Of a stretch of DNA of 64,000 nucleotides, positions 20,596-30,462 are shown piece after piece; the first letter of the stretch is position 1; each line of letters begins with the position of its first letter. The translations under genes were made by a program, and so were the position numbers. The stretch comes from Nitrospirota bacterium (GTDB taxonomy: Bacteria > Nitrospirota > Nitrospiria > Nitrospirales > Nitrospiraceae). The DNA lies in NCBI GenBank assembly GCA_963701855.1, contig CAVPBK010000006.1:736001-800000 (forward strand). The letters run 5' to 3'. The notes below the pieces were generated by a model that saw nothing but the letters and a program-made list of their open reading frames with translations, ran no database searches and was not told where the DNA came from.

Positions 20596-20717
20596 ACGCT
20601 ATCGATTCTCTTGAAAAGTACGCGATAATCCCTGCGATCTCGGTCAGTTACTGACCATGTTGCGGTTTATCACGGCATCTTATGCGGATCGGCATAATAC
20701 ACCCTTCTTGGATGAGT

Positions 20718-20828
20718 TAACAGCCGGTCCAGCAGACTACGAACGCCCGCCGGTACACGGTTGAGCACATAGGTATAGATCTTCGTCGTCCTCACGTCAC
20801 TGCACCCGAGCAACTCCTAGATCGTGCG
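20718..20828 (-). pseudogene. intI: integron integrase C-terminal remnant
   Basis: Translates RTI*ELLGCSDVRTTKIYTYVLNRVPAGVRSLLDRL, matching the IntI C-terminus (RTVQELLGHSDVxTTMIYTHVLNRGxxGVRSPLD); in-frame stop and His->Cys change. Confidence 0.85.
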
Positions 20829-20902
20829 GCTGAGGAAAACCTGTTTCGTGCAGGAGTGCTTCGATGGCCTGCACGTATGGAACAAGAGGAAAACACCCCC
20901 CG

Positions 20903-21026
20903 CAGGATGCTCAAAAAGTTCGTCCAGCAAGGCCGCAGCGAGTGAAGACCGGAGGCGTACCCTCTGGGGTACGTTGAGGGTCTGAACGATGCGAGAACGC
21001 CGCTGGCGGGCTTTTTCAGCATCCTG
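20903..21026 (+). mobile_element. MITE (family A)
   Basis: CAGGATGCTCAAAAAG...CTTTTTCAGCATCCTG; abuts the cysNC stop codon. Confidence 0.85.
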
Positions 21027-22877
21027 TCAGATCGAATACTGAAAGGTCGGCTTCGCCCCAATCGCCTGAGCCAGAACTCCACGGCGCTTGAGCTCCTCAA
21101 GAATCCGACGAGTGGCCGCATCAAAGTCTGCTGGGCCTGACAGGACGATATCCGTATTGGGAGGGACTTCTTCGGGCGCTTTGCTCATGTGAATGGCGAT
21201 GACTGGGACCGGATGGACGAGCGTCCTGATGGCCTGTGCCGCTTCCGCATAGGCCATGCCGAAGGGATTGGTTGTCGAAACGACGATCAACCCGGTATCG
21301 ACCAGCAGCCGCGCCACTTCGCCATAGCGGCGAGCCATCTCGGTCGCCTGCCCCCGTTCATCCTCCGAAAGGTCTGCATCGAGGCCGCGGCGGAGATTCT
21401 CTCCATCGAGCAGGTACGCATGCCGGCCATCAGCTACTAGCCTCGCCTCGATGGTCCTGGCAAGGAAGGATTTCCCCGTATGCCGCCCGCCGGTCACCAA
21501 TACAATGGCGGCTCGATGACCATATTGCTGCGCGCGATCCTCGACGCCGACTTGACCCTTCACCCAGGCAAAGTCTCGCTGCCGCGCTTCTTCGCGGAGA
21601 AACTCCTGATCGTCATGGACCAGTTCTGTCACGATGCCGCCACCGGCAATGTCATATTCATCCACGAGGACGAACCGGCCGGTCGACTCAAACGAGGCCG
21701 AGAGGTCGAAGGCAACCGGCGTTTTGGCCCGAATCGTCAATTCAGCGACTTGATTCTTATTGACCACGCTACTGCCTTGTTGCTGAGCCAGATCCATCGT
21801 ATCGATGATCCGATGAATGGTCGCCACCTCACAATCGACTTCCCTCGTCGCCACTCTGAGTTGATAGCGCCGCCCCCGTTCCAACGGCTTCCGGCCCAGC
21901 CAGAACACATTGGCTCGAAAGGCCGTCGACACCAGCGGGAGTTGTTCTTGATGCGAGGCTACCTCTCCTCGTTCGACAAAGATCTGCTCATCGAGCGTGA
22001 CGCCGACTGATTGGCCTGCATGACCCTCTACTGGCGGAGGATCGATATTGAACGCTTCAACGGACTTGACCGTCGCCCGTTTGTTCGACGGCGAAAAAAC
22101 CAGGGAGTCGCCGACCTTCACACGCCCGGCTGTGACGCGCCCTGCAATGATGCGGCGGGCGTCGAATTTATACACATCCTGAACCGGCAGACGAAGCGGT
22201 TGTTCGAATCGTCCCGGTTCCTTCCGAAAGGCGCTGAGCGCGTCCAATACCGTCGGACCGCTGTACCAGGGCATCTGCTCGCTCCGGTTGGCAATATTAT
22301 CTCCAAGCTTGGCGCTGACCGGAATGATCTGCTGTGGTACCGCCTTGAACTGTCCGAGGAACTCTCGATATTCCTTTTCGATCCCATCGAACACATCCTG
22401 TCGGTAGCCGACCAGATCCATCTTATTCACCACGACGGCAAACTGGCGTACGCCCAGGAGCGATAAGAGATAACCATGTTTTTTGGACTGTTCCTTCACG
22501 CCCTCCAAGGCATCGATCAGCAGCAACGCCCCTTCAGCCCGGGCTGCTCCGGAGATCATGTTCTTGAGAAACTCCTTATGACCCGGCGCATCGATGATGA
22601 TGTAGTGCCGGCCCTTCCAGCCGAAAAACGTCCGCGCCGTATCGATGGTGATTCCTTGCTCCTGCTCCTCAAGAAAGGCGTCGAACAGAAATGCGTACTC
22701 AAATTCCTTGCCCTGCTGGCGGCAGATCGCTTGAACTTTTTCAAGTTTGCCGTCTGGCAACGATCCTGTATCGGCATAGAGACGCCCCAGCAAGGTGGAC
22801 TTCCCATGGTCCACATGCCCGACAATGACGATATTCAAATTGTCTGATGGTTTCATAGTCGTTGTTGTCATTCGCAT
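21027..22877 (-). CDS. cysN: sulfate adenylyltransferase subunit 1 fused to a degenerate APS-kinase domain
   Basis: [28 protein letters not shown]-terminal GKS...[10 protein letters not shown]. Confidence 0.92.
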   Translation of the reverse strand: MRMTTTTMKPSDNLNIVIVGHVDHGKSTLLGRLYADTGSLPDGKLEKVQAICRQQGKEFEYAFLFDAFLEEQEQGITIDTARTFFGWKGRHYIIIDAPGHKEFLKNMISGAARAEGALLLIDALEGVKEQSKKHGYLLSLLGVRQFAVVVNKMDLVGYRQDVFDGIEKEYREFLGQFKAVPQQIIPVSAKLGDNIANRSEQMPWYSGPTVLDALSAFRKEPGRFEQPLRLPVQDVYKFDARRIIAGRVTAGRVKVGDSLVFSPSNKRATVKSVEAFNIDPPPVEGHAGQSVGVTLDEQIFVERGEVASHQEQLPLVSTAFRANVFWLGRKPLERGRRYQLRVATREVDCEVATIHRIIDTMDLAQQQGSSVVNKNQVAELTIRAKTPVAFDLSASFESTGRFVLVDEYDIAGGGIVTELVHDDQEFLREEARQRDFAWVKGQVGVEDRAQQYGHRAAIVLVTGGRHTGKSFLARTIEARLVADGRHAYLLDGENLRRGLDADLSEDERGQATEMARRYGEVARLLVDTGLIVVSTTNPFGMAYAEAAQAIRTLVHPVPVIAIHMSKAPEEVPPNTDIVLSGPADFDAATRRILEELKRRGVLAQAIGAKPTFQYSI

Positions 22878-22880
22878 GCT

Positions 22881-23008
22881 CCAGAATGCTCAAACGAGCA
22901 GGCCAGCGAGGCCGCAGGGAGCGAGCTAAGTGAGGCGTACCCTCTGGGGTACGTCGCAGCGAAGGTCGCGACTGAGAACGAAGCTGGATGCTCGTTTCAG
23001 CATTCTGG
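22881..23008 (+). mobile_element. MITE (family A, diverged) between cysD and cysN
   Basis: CCAGAATGCTCAAACGAGCA...TGCTCGTTTCAGCATTCTGG ends; GAGGCGTACCCTCTGGGGTACG core. Confidence 0.75.
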
Positions 23009-23010
23009 GC

Positions 23011-23808
23011 CTACATGTAGCCGTCTTTGCGGAGTAGCTCCATCCCGCGCCCTTCATCCTGCGCACGGCCTGATCGCTCTGCCACCGTGGTGTGCCGCAA
23101 CTCGTCAATGATGTCGTCCACGGATTTTGCCGTCGATTTGATCGGAGTCGTACAGGGCGCACAGCCGAGACTGCGATAGCGGGTCCCCTCCCCCTTGTCG
23201 AGATAAAGATCGATGAAGGGAATGTTCTCGAACTTGATGTATTCCCAAATATTGATTTCTGTCCAATCCAGCAGCGGATGGATCCGGATATGTGTTCCCG
23301 GAGGAAACGTCGTTTTGAATTGATCCCAAAGCTCCGGCGGCTGATCGCGAAAATCCCAATCGCCATGTTTGTCACGAGGCGAGAAATAGCGTTCCTTGGC
23401 TCTCGTCCCTTCTTCGTCTGCGCGCACACCGAGAATGATGCCCGTATAGCCCTTTTGCTCGATCAATTGCTTGAGGCCATTGGTTTTCAGAGCCGTACAA
23501 CAGTTGACGCGGCCCAGCGTATGATTCATCCCGGCCGCGAGCGCTTCCTTGTTTTGCCCTACGACCAACTTGAGGCCCCACTCACGGGCCACTCGATCTC
23601 GATATTCGATCATGGCGGGAATTTTGTAACTCGTGTCGACGTGCAGCAGAGGGAAGGGAACATGGCCGAAAAAGGCCTTTCTGGCCAACCATAATAAAAC
23701 AGTCGAATCCTTCCCCATCGACCACAGCATAGCCAGGTTGTCGAAATGCTTATAGGCTTCCCGGAGAATGTAGACGCTCTGGTCTTCTAATTGACGAAGA
23801 TGTTGCAC
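23011..23808 (-). CDS. cysD: sulfate adenylyltransferase subunit 2
   Basis: [34 protein letters not shown]. Confidence 0.96.
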   Translation of the reverse strand: MQHLRQLEDQSVYILREAYKHFDNLAMLWSMGKDSTVLLWLARKAFFGHVPFPLLHVDTSYKIPAMIEYRDRVAREWGLKLVVGQNKEALAAGMNHTLGRVNCCTALKTNGLKQLIEQKGYTGIILGVRADEEGTRAKERYFSPRDKHGDWDFRDQPPELWDQFKTTFPPGTHIRIHPLLDWTEINIWEYIKFENIPFIDLYLDKGEGTRYRSLGCAPCTTPIKSTAKSVDDIIDELRHTTVAERSGRAQDEGRGMELLRKDGYM

Positions 23809-23829
23809 GGACTCGATTCCCTCGTATGG

Positions 23830-24891
23830 TCAATATATTCGGCCGGTCACACCGATACCCACCGGCTCTTGAGTCAACTCCTCCAGCTTTTTGGCCGCCG
23901 CCCCCTCTTCGAGCGCTCGACGCGCCAGCGGAAGGCACGACGCCCATGTCGCCCCTTTGCCTGCGGCGTACAGAATCAATGCCGCATTCATCAAGACCCA
24001 GTTGCAAGAACCACCAGGCACTTGATTATGGAGAATCCGTCGGAGCAGATCCGCCTCCTTGTCTCGCTGGTTCGATGGGAAGCCCGCCATGTCTCGTGGC
24101 GTACCCAGGGGCAATCCGACATCTTTCGATGCAAACGAGAGGGGTGTAATCCGCTCATCTCGCAATTCCAGCACCCTTGTGAGCCCGGCAACCGATAGCT
24201 CCGGATCGCCTTCAACGCCACTGACCACCAGCGCCCGCGGGGAAGCCAGCATCCGCAACACTTCAGCCGTCTTTTCAAAATGAGGAGGATGGGATAGGCC
24301 GACGACCTGCGACAAGGCGCGAGCCGGATTCAGGAGCCTTGCAATCGGATGAAAGATATTCCGCGCTCCCAGCTCCTGGCGCATCTCTAGAAAGCGATAG
24401 ACCGGAGGGTGGTAGAGGGCAATATCGAGATAGGCGAATCCGTGCCGCGTCACGGACTCTGCCGCCGCTTTTGGTTCCATCTCGACCGGCAGGCCCAAGG
24501 CCTTGAGCACCCCGGCATTCCCTGCACGGCCGGGAATTCCATCATACCCATGCATCAAGACCGACGCGCCTGCCGATGCAGCCACAATGGCGGCAGCCGC
24601 AAGGGCATGGAAGGTGTCCTGTTTCCCCGCGTAGCTCGGCAGATCGACAACGCCAAGCTCTCGCGGGATAGGCACAGGCGCCACATAGGAGCGCGCGGTC
24701 GCGGTCATCGACGCCAGTTCGGTGACGGATTCCATCTTGATCCGCATGGCCATGAGAAAGGCCCCCACCTGCGCTTGCGTGGCCTCTCCTTCAATGAGGG
24801 CCTTCATCGCCCGCTTCGCTTCGTCCCAGGTGAGATCCTTGGCAGCTCGTGGCCCCTTGGCAATTTTTGCGATAAGTTCCTGCATCGACAT
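23830..24891 (-). CDS. anthranilate phosphoribosyltransferase-like (TrpD2/YbiB, glycosyl transferase family 3) protein
   Basis: QVGAFLMAMRIKMES, R.ELGARN..HPIARLLNP; the canonical GTGGD is replaced by SYAGK. Confidence 0.8.
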   Translation of the reverse strand: MSMQELIAKIAKGPRAAKDLTWDEAKRAMKALIEGEATQAQVGAFLMAMRIKMESVTELASMTATARSYVAPVPIPRELGVVDLPSYAGKQDTFHALAAAAIVAASAGASVLMHGYDGIPGRAGNAGVLKALGLPVEMEPKAAAESVTRHGFAYLDIALYHPPVYRFLEMRQELGARNIFHPIARLLNPARALSQVVGLSHPPHFEKTAEVLRMLASPRALVVSGVEGDPELSVAGLTRVLELRDERITPLSFASKDVGLPLGTPRDMAGFPSNQRDKEADLLRRILHNQVPGGSCNWVLMNAALILYAAGKGATWASCLPLARRALEEGAAAKKLEELTQEPVGIGVTGRIY

Positions 24892-25599
24892 CACGAGGCC
24901 TTGTGTAACCCGCACTCAGTCTTAGTAAAGTTCTTCCACCGTCCCGCACGAGTGTCTTCGCCGGGCATCACCGGGCTTGTGCAATAGGTGCAGCCGATAC
25001 TGGGATAGTTGCGGTCATGCAATTCGTTGTAGGGAACTTCATAGACACGAATGTAGGTCCAGACATCCTCCCAGCTCCACTTCGCAAGCGGATTGACCTT
25101 CGCCAACTGAAATTTCTGGTCCCACTCGATCAACTTGGCATTGGCTCTCGTGGGAGACTGATCTCGTCTGATCCCGGTGATCCATGCGTCGAATCCCTTG
25201 AGTACTCGGGTGAGCGGCTCCACCTTGCGCAACTCACAACATTGATCAGGCTGGCGTGCCCAGAGGGCCTCACCATGCTGGTCCGCTTGTTGTTCCGGCG
25301 TGAGCAACGACTTCACCTGAATGACCTGCTGCGGTTGCAACCCATAGCGTTCGATCGACGCGATCGCGCGTGGCATAAGTCTCAGGAAAAAGAAACTCCG
25401 TGTCGAGATAGAAGAGCGGCACAGAGGGATCGATGCGGTGGACCATATCCAGGAGCACGACGTCCTCCGCTCCGAAACTGCAGGCCAGCACGATCTTCGA
25501 CGGGTACCGCTCAATCGCGGCAGCCAGGATCTCTTGCGGCTGCTTCGCTTCGAACGACTCGCCCCAGGCCTTCAATTCTTCTGATGAGAGATTTGCCAT
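24891..25599 (-). CDS. cysH: APS reductase-type CysH (apparent frameshift near 25357)
   Basis: CSFGAED, LDTEFLFPETY, QCCELRKVEPL, SIGCTYCT, KTECGLH; CC and CxxC Fe-S ligands present. Confidence 0.9.
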
Positions 25600-25639
25600 T
25601 GGGCTCTTTCTACTTTCACTCACACTTCAAGCGGCGAGA

Positions 25640-25713
25640 GGGATGATTTCCAACTGCGCGCGTCCAACGAGGGCCTTCTGAGGCCGCGCGTTGCGCGAGC
25701 AAGGAAACATCCC
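25640..25713. repeat. intergenic palindromic element
   Basis: GGGATGATTTCC ... GGAAACATCCC ends, between sir and cysH. Confidence 0.5.
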
Positions 25714-25722
25714 TTCGCCGCA

Positions 25723-28218
25723 TCATTCCACTTTTTCGACCAAAATCCGATAATGATCCGCGGCGGCTTCGAGTGGTTCCTGCAGCAACAACAAATGCCC
25801 ATCGTTTTTCAAACTTAGGGGCACGTTCTTGATGGGTTCGCCCGCATCGAGCCAGACTTCCAAACGTTCACCCGCATCCATCATCTCCAGCTTCAGCTTG
25901 GTCTTCACATAATTCATGGGACAGGCAACCCCGCGCAAATCGTAGACCGGCGCGGTGGATGCAGCAGGCGCGGTCACAGAGACGACAGCCGGCTTGACCT
26001 CGGATGGCGCATTGGTCGTGACCACCTCTGCCTTGTCCGCCGGCGCCAATTTGAGATCTTTACCCATCTGCTCAGTGGCTGCACGACAGGCGTCGACGAA
26101 TCCCTTGGCAAAGGCCATCTTGTCGCGGGCCGATTCACCCGTCGTGTCCTTGGGCCCTAAATCGCCGACCCGCTTCCTCAGTTCCCGATACATTGTTGGA
26201 ACGATGCCTTTCTGCGCAATCCGACTGTCGAATTCGATAAAAGTTTCCGCATCCGTCGAAGGCTCAAGTCCTTCCGTGACGAGTAACGCCTTGGCAGCAG
26301 CCAATATGGCGCGATAAGACTTGTTCACCGAGACGGAATATTGATGATTATCGACAAGCAGTTTTGCCTGATACAGCTCTTGGTCAGCTTCAAGAATTCC
26401 GTTTTCGATCATTTCAAGCGCGCCACCCGCACATTCTCCAGGCCCAAGATCCTCCAAGACAAACTCTGCTTCTCCTTCCCAATCGTAGTAAAATGTCGCG
26501 TCGTCTTGAAAGGACGGAACGATGGTGTAAGGAATCAATTCGTCCTTGAGTTTGACCTTGCCGACACGATCGATGAAGGCCGGCAGCCCTTCCCCGGAGA
26601 GACGATCCCGCCGATATACGTCAATCAAGTGCGTGATCGCAGCCGACACACTCTTGGCCGGCAACTTGACCACCATCTGTCCGATCTTCGCTGTCCCGTT
26701 GACCTTCCCGCCCAAATGCAATTCATAGAAGGGCGCGACATGCTCGCCAATACGTTTCCCCACTCCATGCAAACCGATCGTGGCGATATGGTGCTGGGCG
26801 CAGGAGTTGTGGCACCCGCTGATCTTGACCGTCACATCCTTCAGATCCTCGGGGACCCGGCCGGCCGGAAATACCTCAGCCAAGGCTCGCGCGAGACCCT
26901 TTGAGGACGTGATCCCTAATCCGCACGTGTCGGTGCCGGGACAGGCGATAATATCTTCGACCAACTCGGCGCCGGGATCGGCCAAGCCCTGTGAGGCCAA
27001 GTCGGCATAGAGGTCGGCGATGCGCGACTCCGGTATCCATCGAATGATCATGTTTTGATTGATCGTCGTCCGAATGTTGCCATTGGAGTAACGATCCGCA
27101 AGGTCAGCGATGAGCAGCATCTGCTCTGCCGTAAGATCGCCCATGAATAATTTAGTCACTGCGGCGACGTAGCCCTCTTGCTTCTGGCGCACCACATTGG
27201 TCCGCCGCCACATCTCAAATGGCGTCTCCGTCGGCGCCCCGTTTACATGCCCGTTGGCCTGCATCGCTGTCTGCTTCGACCCATTCGACATCGGCATGAT
27301 GAGAGGAACTGGTTCATCCGGATACGACAGTAACTTGATGGGCTCATGGGTGGGACGGGCATGCCCCATCGACATGTAGGCCTCCTCCCATCGACGTTTG
27401 AACTCCGCAAAGCCCAGCTTTTCGATCACAAACTTCATCCGGGCCTTTGTGCGATTTTTTCGATTGCCCAGGGTGTCGAACACCCGAATCACGGCTTCCA
27501 CACTTGGGATGAGCTCATCCATCGGGGTAAACTCCCGAAGGACCTGCGCGAGCCGAGGGGCCGAACCGAGTCCGCCGCCTGCGACCATGCGAAAACCGAC
27601 GACTCCATCCGCGCGCTTGGCTGCGAGAAGCCCGATATCGTGAATCGGTGTGAGCGCACAGTCCTGCTTACAGCCGGAGAAGGCAATTTTGAATTTACGC
27701 GGAAGGCTCTGATTGAGCGGATTCCGCAAAAGATGGAGCGCGACAGTTTTCGCATAGGGCGTCACGTCGAACACTTCCCCCTGGCAGATCCCGGCAAGAT
27801 GACAAGCCGTCACGTTACGAACCGTATTGGCGCAAGCTTCTCTGGTGGTCAAACCGACCTCAGCAAGCCCGCGCATGATCGTCGGCACATCCTTTAATTC
27901 AACAAAATGCAACTGGATATCCTGGCGCGTGGTGACATGCCCGACGCCGGTGGCATATTGCTCGGTCAGTTCTGCAACCCGACGCAATTGATTGGCCGTG
28001 ACCCCGCCGAAGGGAATCTTGATACGGATCATCTGGACACCGGCTTGCCGTTGGCCATAAATGCCGTACTGGAGACGAAAGGGCCTGAATAGATCGGCTG
28101 AGACGTCGCCCGAAACCATGCGCATTGCCTCAGCCTCGAATGTCTCGATCTCCTCGACAACAGCAGGAGGAATGGGCTCTGTTTTGATGGGAACCGTACT
28201 GAGTGGTGTGCGATTCAT
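25723..28218 (-). CDS. sir: ferredoxin-type sulfite reductase with C-terminal HEPN-like and TusA domains
   Basis: TTRQDIQ, LPRKFKIAFSGC, CPGTDTC and ISGCHNSC (siroheme/4Fe-4S); terminal YDLRGVACPMNYVK TusA motif. Confidence 0.88.
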   Translation of the reverse strand: MNRTPLSTVPIKTEPIPPAVVEEIETFEAEAMRMVSGDVSADLFRPFRLQYGIYGQRQAGVQMIRIKIPFGGVTANQLRRVAELTEQYATGVGHVTTRQDIQLHFVELKDVPTIMRGLAEVGLTTREACANTVRNVTACHLAGICQGEVFDVTPYAKTVALHLLRNPLNQSLPRKFKIAFSGCKQDCALTPIHDIGLLAAKRADGVVGFRMVAGGGLGSAPRLAQVLREFTPMDELIPSVEAVIRVFDTLGNRKNRTKARMKFVIEKLGFAEFKRRWEEAYMSMGHARPTHEPIKLLSYPDEPVPLIMPMSNGSKQTAMQANGHVNGAPTETPFEMWRRTNVVRQKQEGYVAAVTKLFMGDLTAEQMLLIADLADRYSNGNIRTTINQNMIIRWIPESRIADLYADLASQGLADPGAELVEDIIACPGTDTCGLGITSSKGLARALAEVFPAGRVPEDLKDVTVKISGCHNSCAQHHIATIGLHGVGKRIGEHVAPFYELHLGGKVNGTAKIGQMVVKLPAKSVSAAITHLIDVYRRDRLSGEGLPAFIDRVGKVKLKDELIPYTIVPSFQDDATFYYDWEGEAEFVLEDLGPGECAGGALEMIENGILEADQELYQAKLLVDNHQYSVSVNKSYRAILAAAKALLVTEGLEPSTDAETFIEFDSRIAQKGIVPTMYRELRKRVGDLGPKDTTGESARDKMAFAKGFVDACRAATEQMGKDLKLAPADKAEVVTTNAPSEVKPAVVSVTAPAASTAPVYDLRGVACPMNYVKTKLKLEMMDAGERLEVWLDAGEPIKNVPLSLKNDGHLLLLQEPLEAAADHYRILVEKVE

Positions 28219-28226
28219 AGGTAACC

Positions 28227-28676
28227 TCAAATGTGGTACATCAACGACCGCTCTTCTTCAAGCACTCGTTGCTGTCCGGCTAATTCTTCCACGCTGATGG
28301 CTTCAAGTACATGGCGTTCTGCTTGATAAACCTGCTCCCAAACCCTCCCAAGCAGAAGTTCCGGTTTGCTGAGTCGTCGCCCCTGTGTACGGCCAGCTCC
28401 GCCACTCGGGAGTGAAAGCGGACCATCAAGTGCCTCGATGATTTCGACAACCGATAGCTCGGACGGTTTCTTCGAAAGCACATACCCTCCCTGCGCTCCT
28501 CGAAGGCTCGATACAAGACCGGCCTTCTTCATCCCATAAAGAACTTGCTCGAGAAATCGAGCAGGGATGGCCTGTCGACGCGCAATTGATTTTGCTTGAA
28601 CTGGCGCTGTTCCGAGATGCATCGCTAGATCGACAGCTGCCATGATTCCATAGGTAGCTCTGAGGGACACCTTCAT
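28227..28676 (-). CDS. Rrf2 family regulator (CymR-like, no Fe-S cysteines)
   Basis: YGIMAAVDLA, FLEQV, SLRGAQGGYVL, LMYHI end; heads the cys operon. Confidence 0.92.
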   Translation of the reverse strand: MKVSLRATYGIMAAVDLAMHLGTAPVQAKSIARRQAIPARFLEQVLYGMKKAGLVSSLRGAQGGYVLSKKPSELSVVEIIEALDGPLSLPSGGAGRTQGRRLSKPELLLGRVWEQVYQAERHVLEAISVEELAGQQRVLEEERSLMYHI

Positions 28677-28684
28677 ACATGAGT

Positions 28685-28745
28685 ATTCCGGTAGGAATTA
28701 AAACACATGTCGTGTCTTATACTCCCTGAAAGACTCTACTGTCAA
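28685..28745 (-). promoter_or_regulatory. sigma70-like promoter and possible Rrf2 operator
   Basis: TTGACA-N18-TATAAG on the minus strand; ATTCC-N4-GGAAT inverted repeat at 28685-28698. Confidence 0.45.
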
Positions 28746-28782
28746 GCGACCTCTCGCTGAAAGTCCCGAGTGCGCAGTCTTG

Positions 28783-28917
28783 GCAGAATGCTGAAACGGT
28801 TCGCCGACGGAAGAGGATTGTTATTTGGTTTGTCTGGTTTTGTTCGTTGAACGAAACTAACCAGATGAACCAACCGTCCAGATAAACAAAACAAACCAGA
28901 TCAACCAGACAAACCAG
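28783..28917 (+). repeat. MITE-like repeat, family D
   Basis: GCAGAATGCTGAAAC end followed by AACCAGAT/AACCAGAC tandem units; homologous to 1145-1257. Confidence 0.65.
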
Positions 28918-29208
28918 GCCTGTCCCACATAAGTGGACCCTCTATGTTCTCGCCTGCCAAAGGAGTATCCCGGCAGCCTGATCGAGAGCAGCCTGCGTTA
29001 GCCAGGAATGAATTTGTCGAGAGGATTACTGCACGTACATGCTAGTCGAATGAAATGGGCACGGCACAGAAACAGTCGGACCAGTGAAGCGTTTCTCCCA
29101 AAACATCGATCCTCATTCGCTAAGACAAGACCGCCCACCCGGCGAGAAAAAACCATTCAGTTTTCCGTGCTCAGTTCAGCAAGAACCGCTCTCTCTATAT
29201 TTTCCCGG

Positions 29209-29237
29209 TTGACATCAAATTGGCTCTGGGCAATAAT
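29209..29237 (+). promoter_or_regulatory. sigma70-like promoter
   Basis: TTGACA-N17-AATAAT. Confidence 0.55.
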
Positions 29238-29273
29238 CACCCCGCTTCACCGATTTTTTCTCCAGGAATCTTC

Positions 29274-29864
29274 ATGTCGTCTACGTCATCTGGCTTCAGC
29301 ATTTTGTTGCTCAGTGGTGACCCGGATATCCAGAGTCAGTTTAAGCACGCGTTCAAAGATGCTTCCGTGACTGTTGCGAAATACTCGTCCACGCTACCGA
29401 AGGACGTGACCCGACGCACGTTTGATGCGGTCATCATCGAATTGAAACCCGGCTCATCCAGTGGAACCTCCATCATACCTGCCAACATTGATCTCACGCA
29501 CACCTTGGTGATCGTCGGTTCTCGAACTGTGCTGAAACGAGCCTCCAAGTTCATGCTAGCGACGGCGCAACGGAAAATTGCGGAAGCCAATGGGAAAGAA
29601 GCCTTATCTCTTGAGGACTATCTCGAATGGAAGATGGGGGACTTTGTAAAAGGGATGAGAAACGGTTCCGGGCAGAACCTACATCCCATGTTGATCAGTG
29701 CCATTGAACGTCCCTTGATCACCAAAGCACTTCAGGAAACCAGGGGCAACCAGATTCAGGCAGCAGAACTGTTGGGCTTGAATCGCAATACCCTCAGGAA
29801 GAAAATCCATGACTTGCACATTCCCATGAAACGGAATAGGACCACGCAGATGCGAGAGGCCTGA
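29274..29864 (+). CDS. Fis-type HTH protein with degenerate receiver-like N-terminus
   Basis: IERPLITKALQETRGNQIQAAELLGLNRNTLRKKI. Confidence 0.85.
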   Translation: MSSTSSGFSILLLSGDPDIQSQFKHAFKDASVTVAKYSSTLPKDVTRRTFDAVIIELKPGSSSGTSIIPANIDLTHTLVIVGSRTVLKRASKFMLATAQRKIAEANGKEALSLEDYLEWKMGDFVKGMRNGSGQNLHPMLISAIERPLITKALQETRGNQIQAAELLGLNRNTLRKKIHDLHIPMKRNRTTQMREA

Positions 29865-29968
29865 TATGTCTGCGCACGTTCCCGAAATGCCGGACTCATA
29901 TAGATGCGGTAACAGCAAACGTCGGTGACAAGGAATCGCGTAGTTCAACTCAAAATAGGAGGGGCACG

Positions 29969-30241
29969 ATGACAAAAGAAGAGCTGATCGCAAAGATGGC
30001 GGCATCCGCCGGCATCACGAAAGTTGCGGCAGGCACTGCATTACAGGCCTTCACCGGAGCGGTGACCACGTCCCTGAAGAAAGGGCAGCGCGTCTCCCTA
30101 GTGAATTTTGGTACCTTTACGGTAGCTAAGCGGAAGGCTCGTCTCGGGCGGAATCCAAGAACCGGTGAGGCGTTGCGGATTCCCGCAGCCAAAGTCCCGA
30201 AGTTTTCGGCAGGGAAAATCTTGAAGTCAGCCGTCAGGTAA
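29969..30241 (+). CDS. hup: DNA-binding protein HU
   Basis: MTKEELI, NFGTF, RKARLGRNPRTG, PKFSAGK. Confidence 0.93.
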   Translation: MTKEELIAKMAASAGITKVAAGTALQAFTGAVTTSLKKGQRVSLVNFGTFTVAKRKARLGRNPRTGEALRIPAAKVPKFSAGKILKSAVR

Positions 30242-30282
30242 CGTCGTGCGATCATCAGATCGCGCATCTGGCAAGCAAGAGA

Positions 30283-30320
30283 GAAGGCGGCGTACTCCAC
30301 CAAAGGAGTACGCCGCCTTC
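30283..30320 (+). terminator. strong hairpin downstream of hup
   Basis: 16-bp perfect stem GAAGGCGGCGTACTCC/GGAGTACGCCGCCTTC. Confidence 0.7.
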
Positions 30321-30349
30321 ACATTTGCGTTTCAGTATGACATCTCCTT

Positions 30350-30462
30350 GACCGGTGCGGTAACCTGAGCAGTGGCTGTAAAACGAAAACGATCGGCCAC
30401 ACATGTAGATCTGCTGTGCGGACGGTCTTCGAACCCGGGTTCAACTCCCGGCGCCTCCACCA
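30350..30462 (+). ncRNA. ssrA: tmRNA 3' segment only (5' part not found)
   Basis: ...CACACATGTAGA...CTTCGAACCCGGGTTCAACTCCCGGCGCCTCCACCA matches tmRNA P2/T-arm/acceptor 3' strand; 5' boundary approximate. Confidence 0.75.

Noticed and set aside
20792..21124. ORF containing RMLKKPASGVLAS...
   Set aside because: Translation of the family-A MITE, not a gene; the same applies to ORFs at 13160-13687 and 60653-61021.
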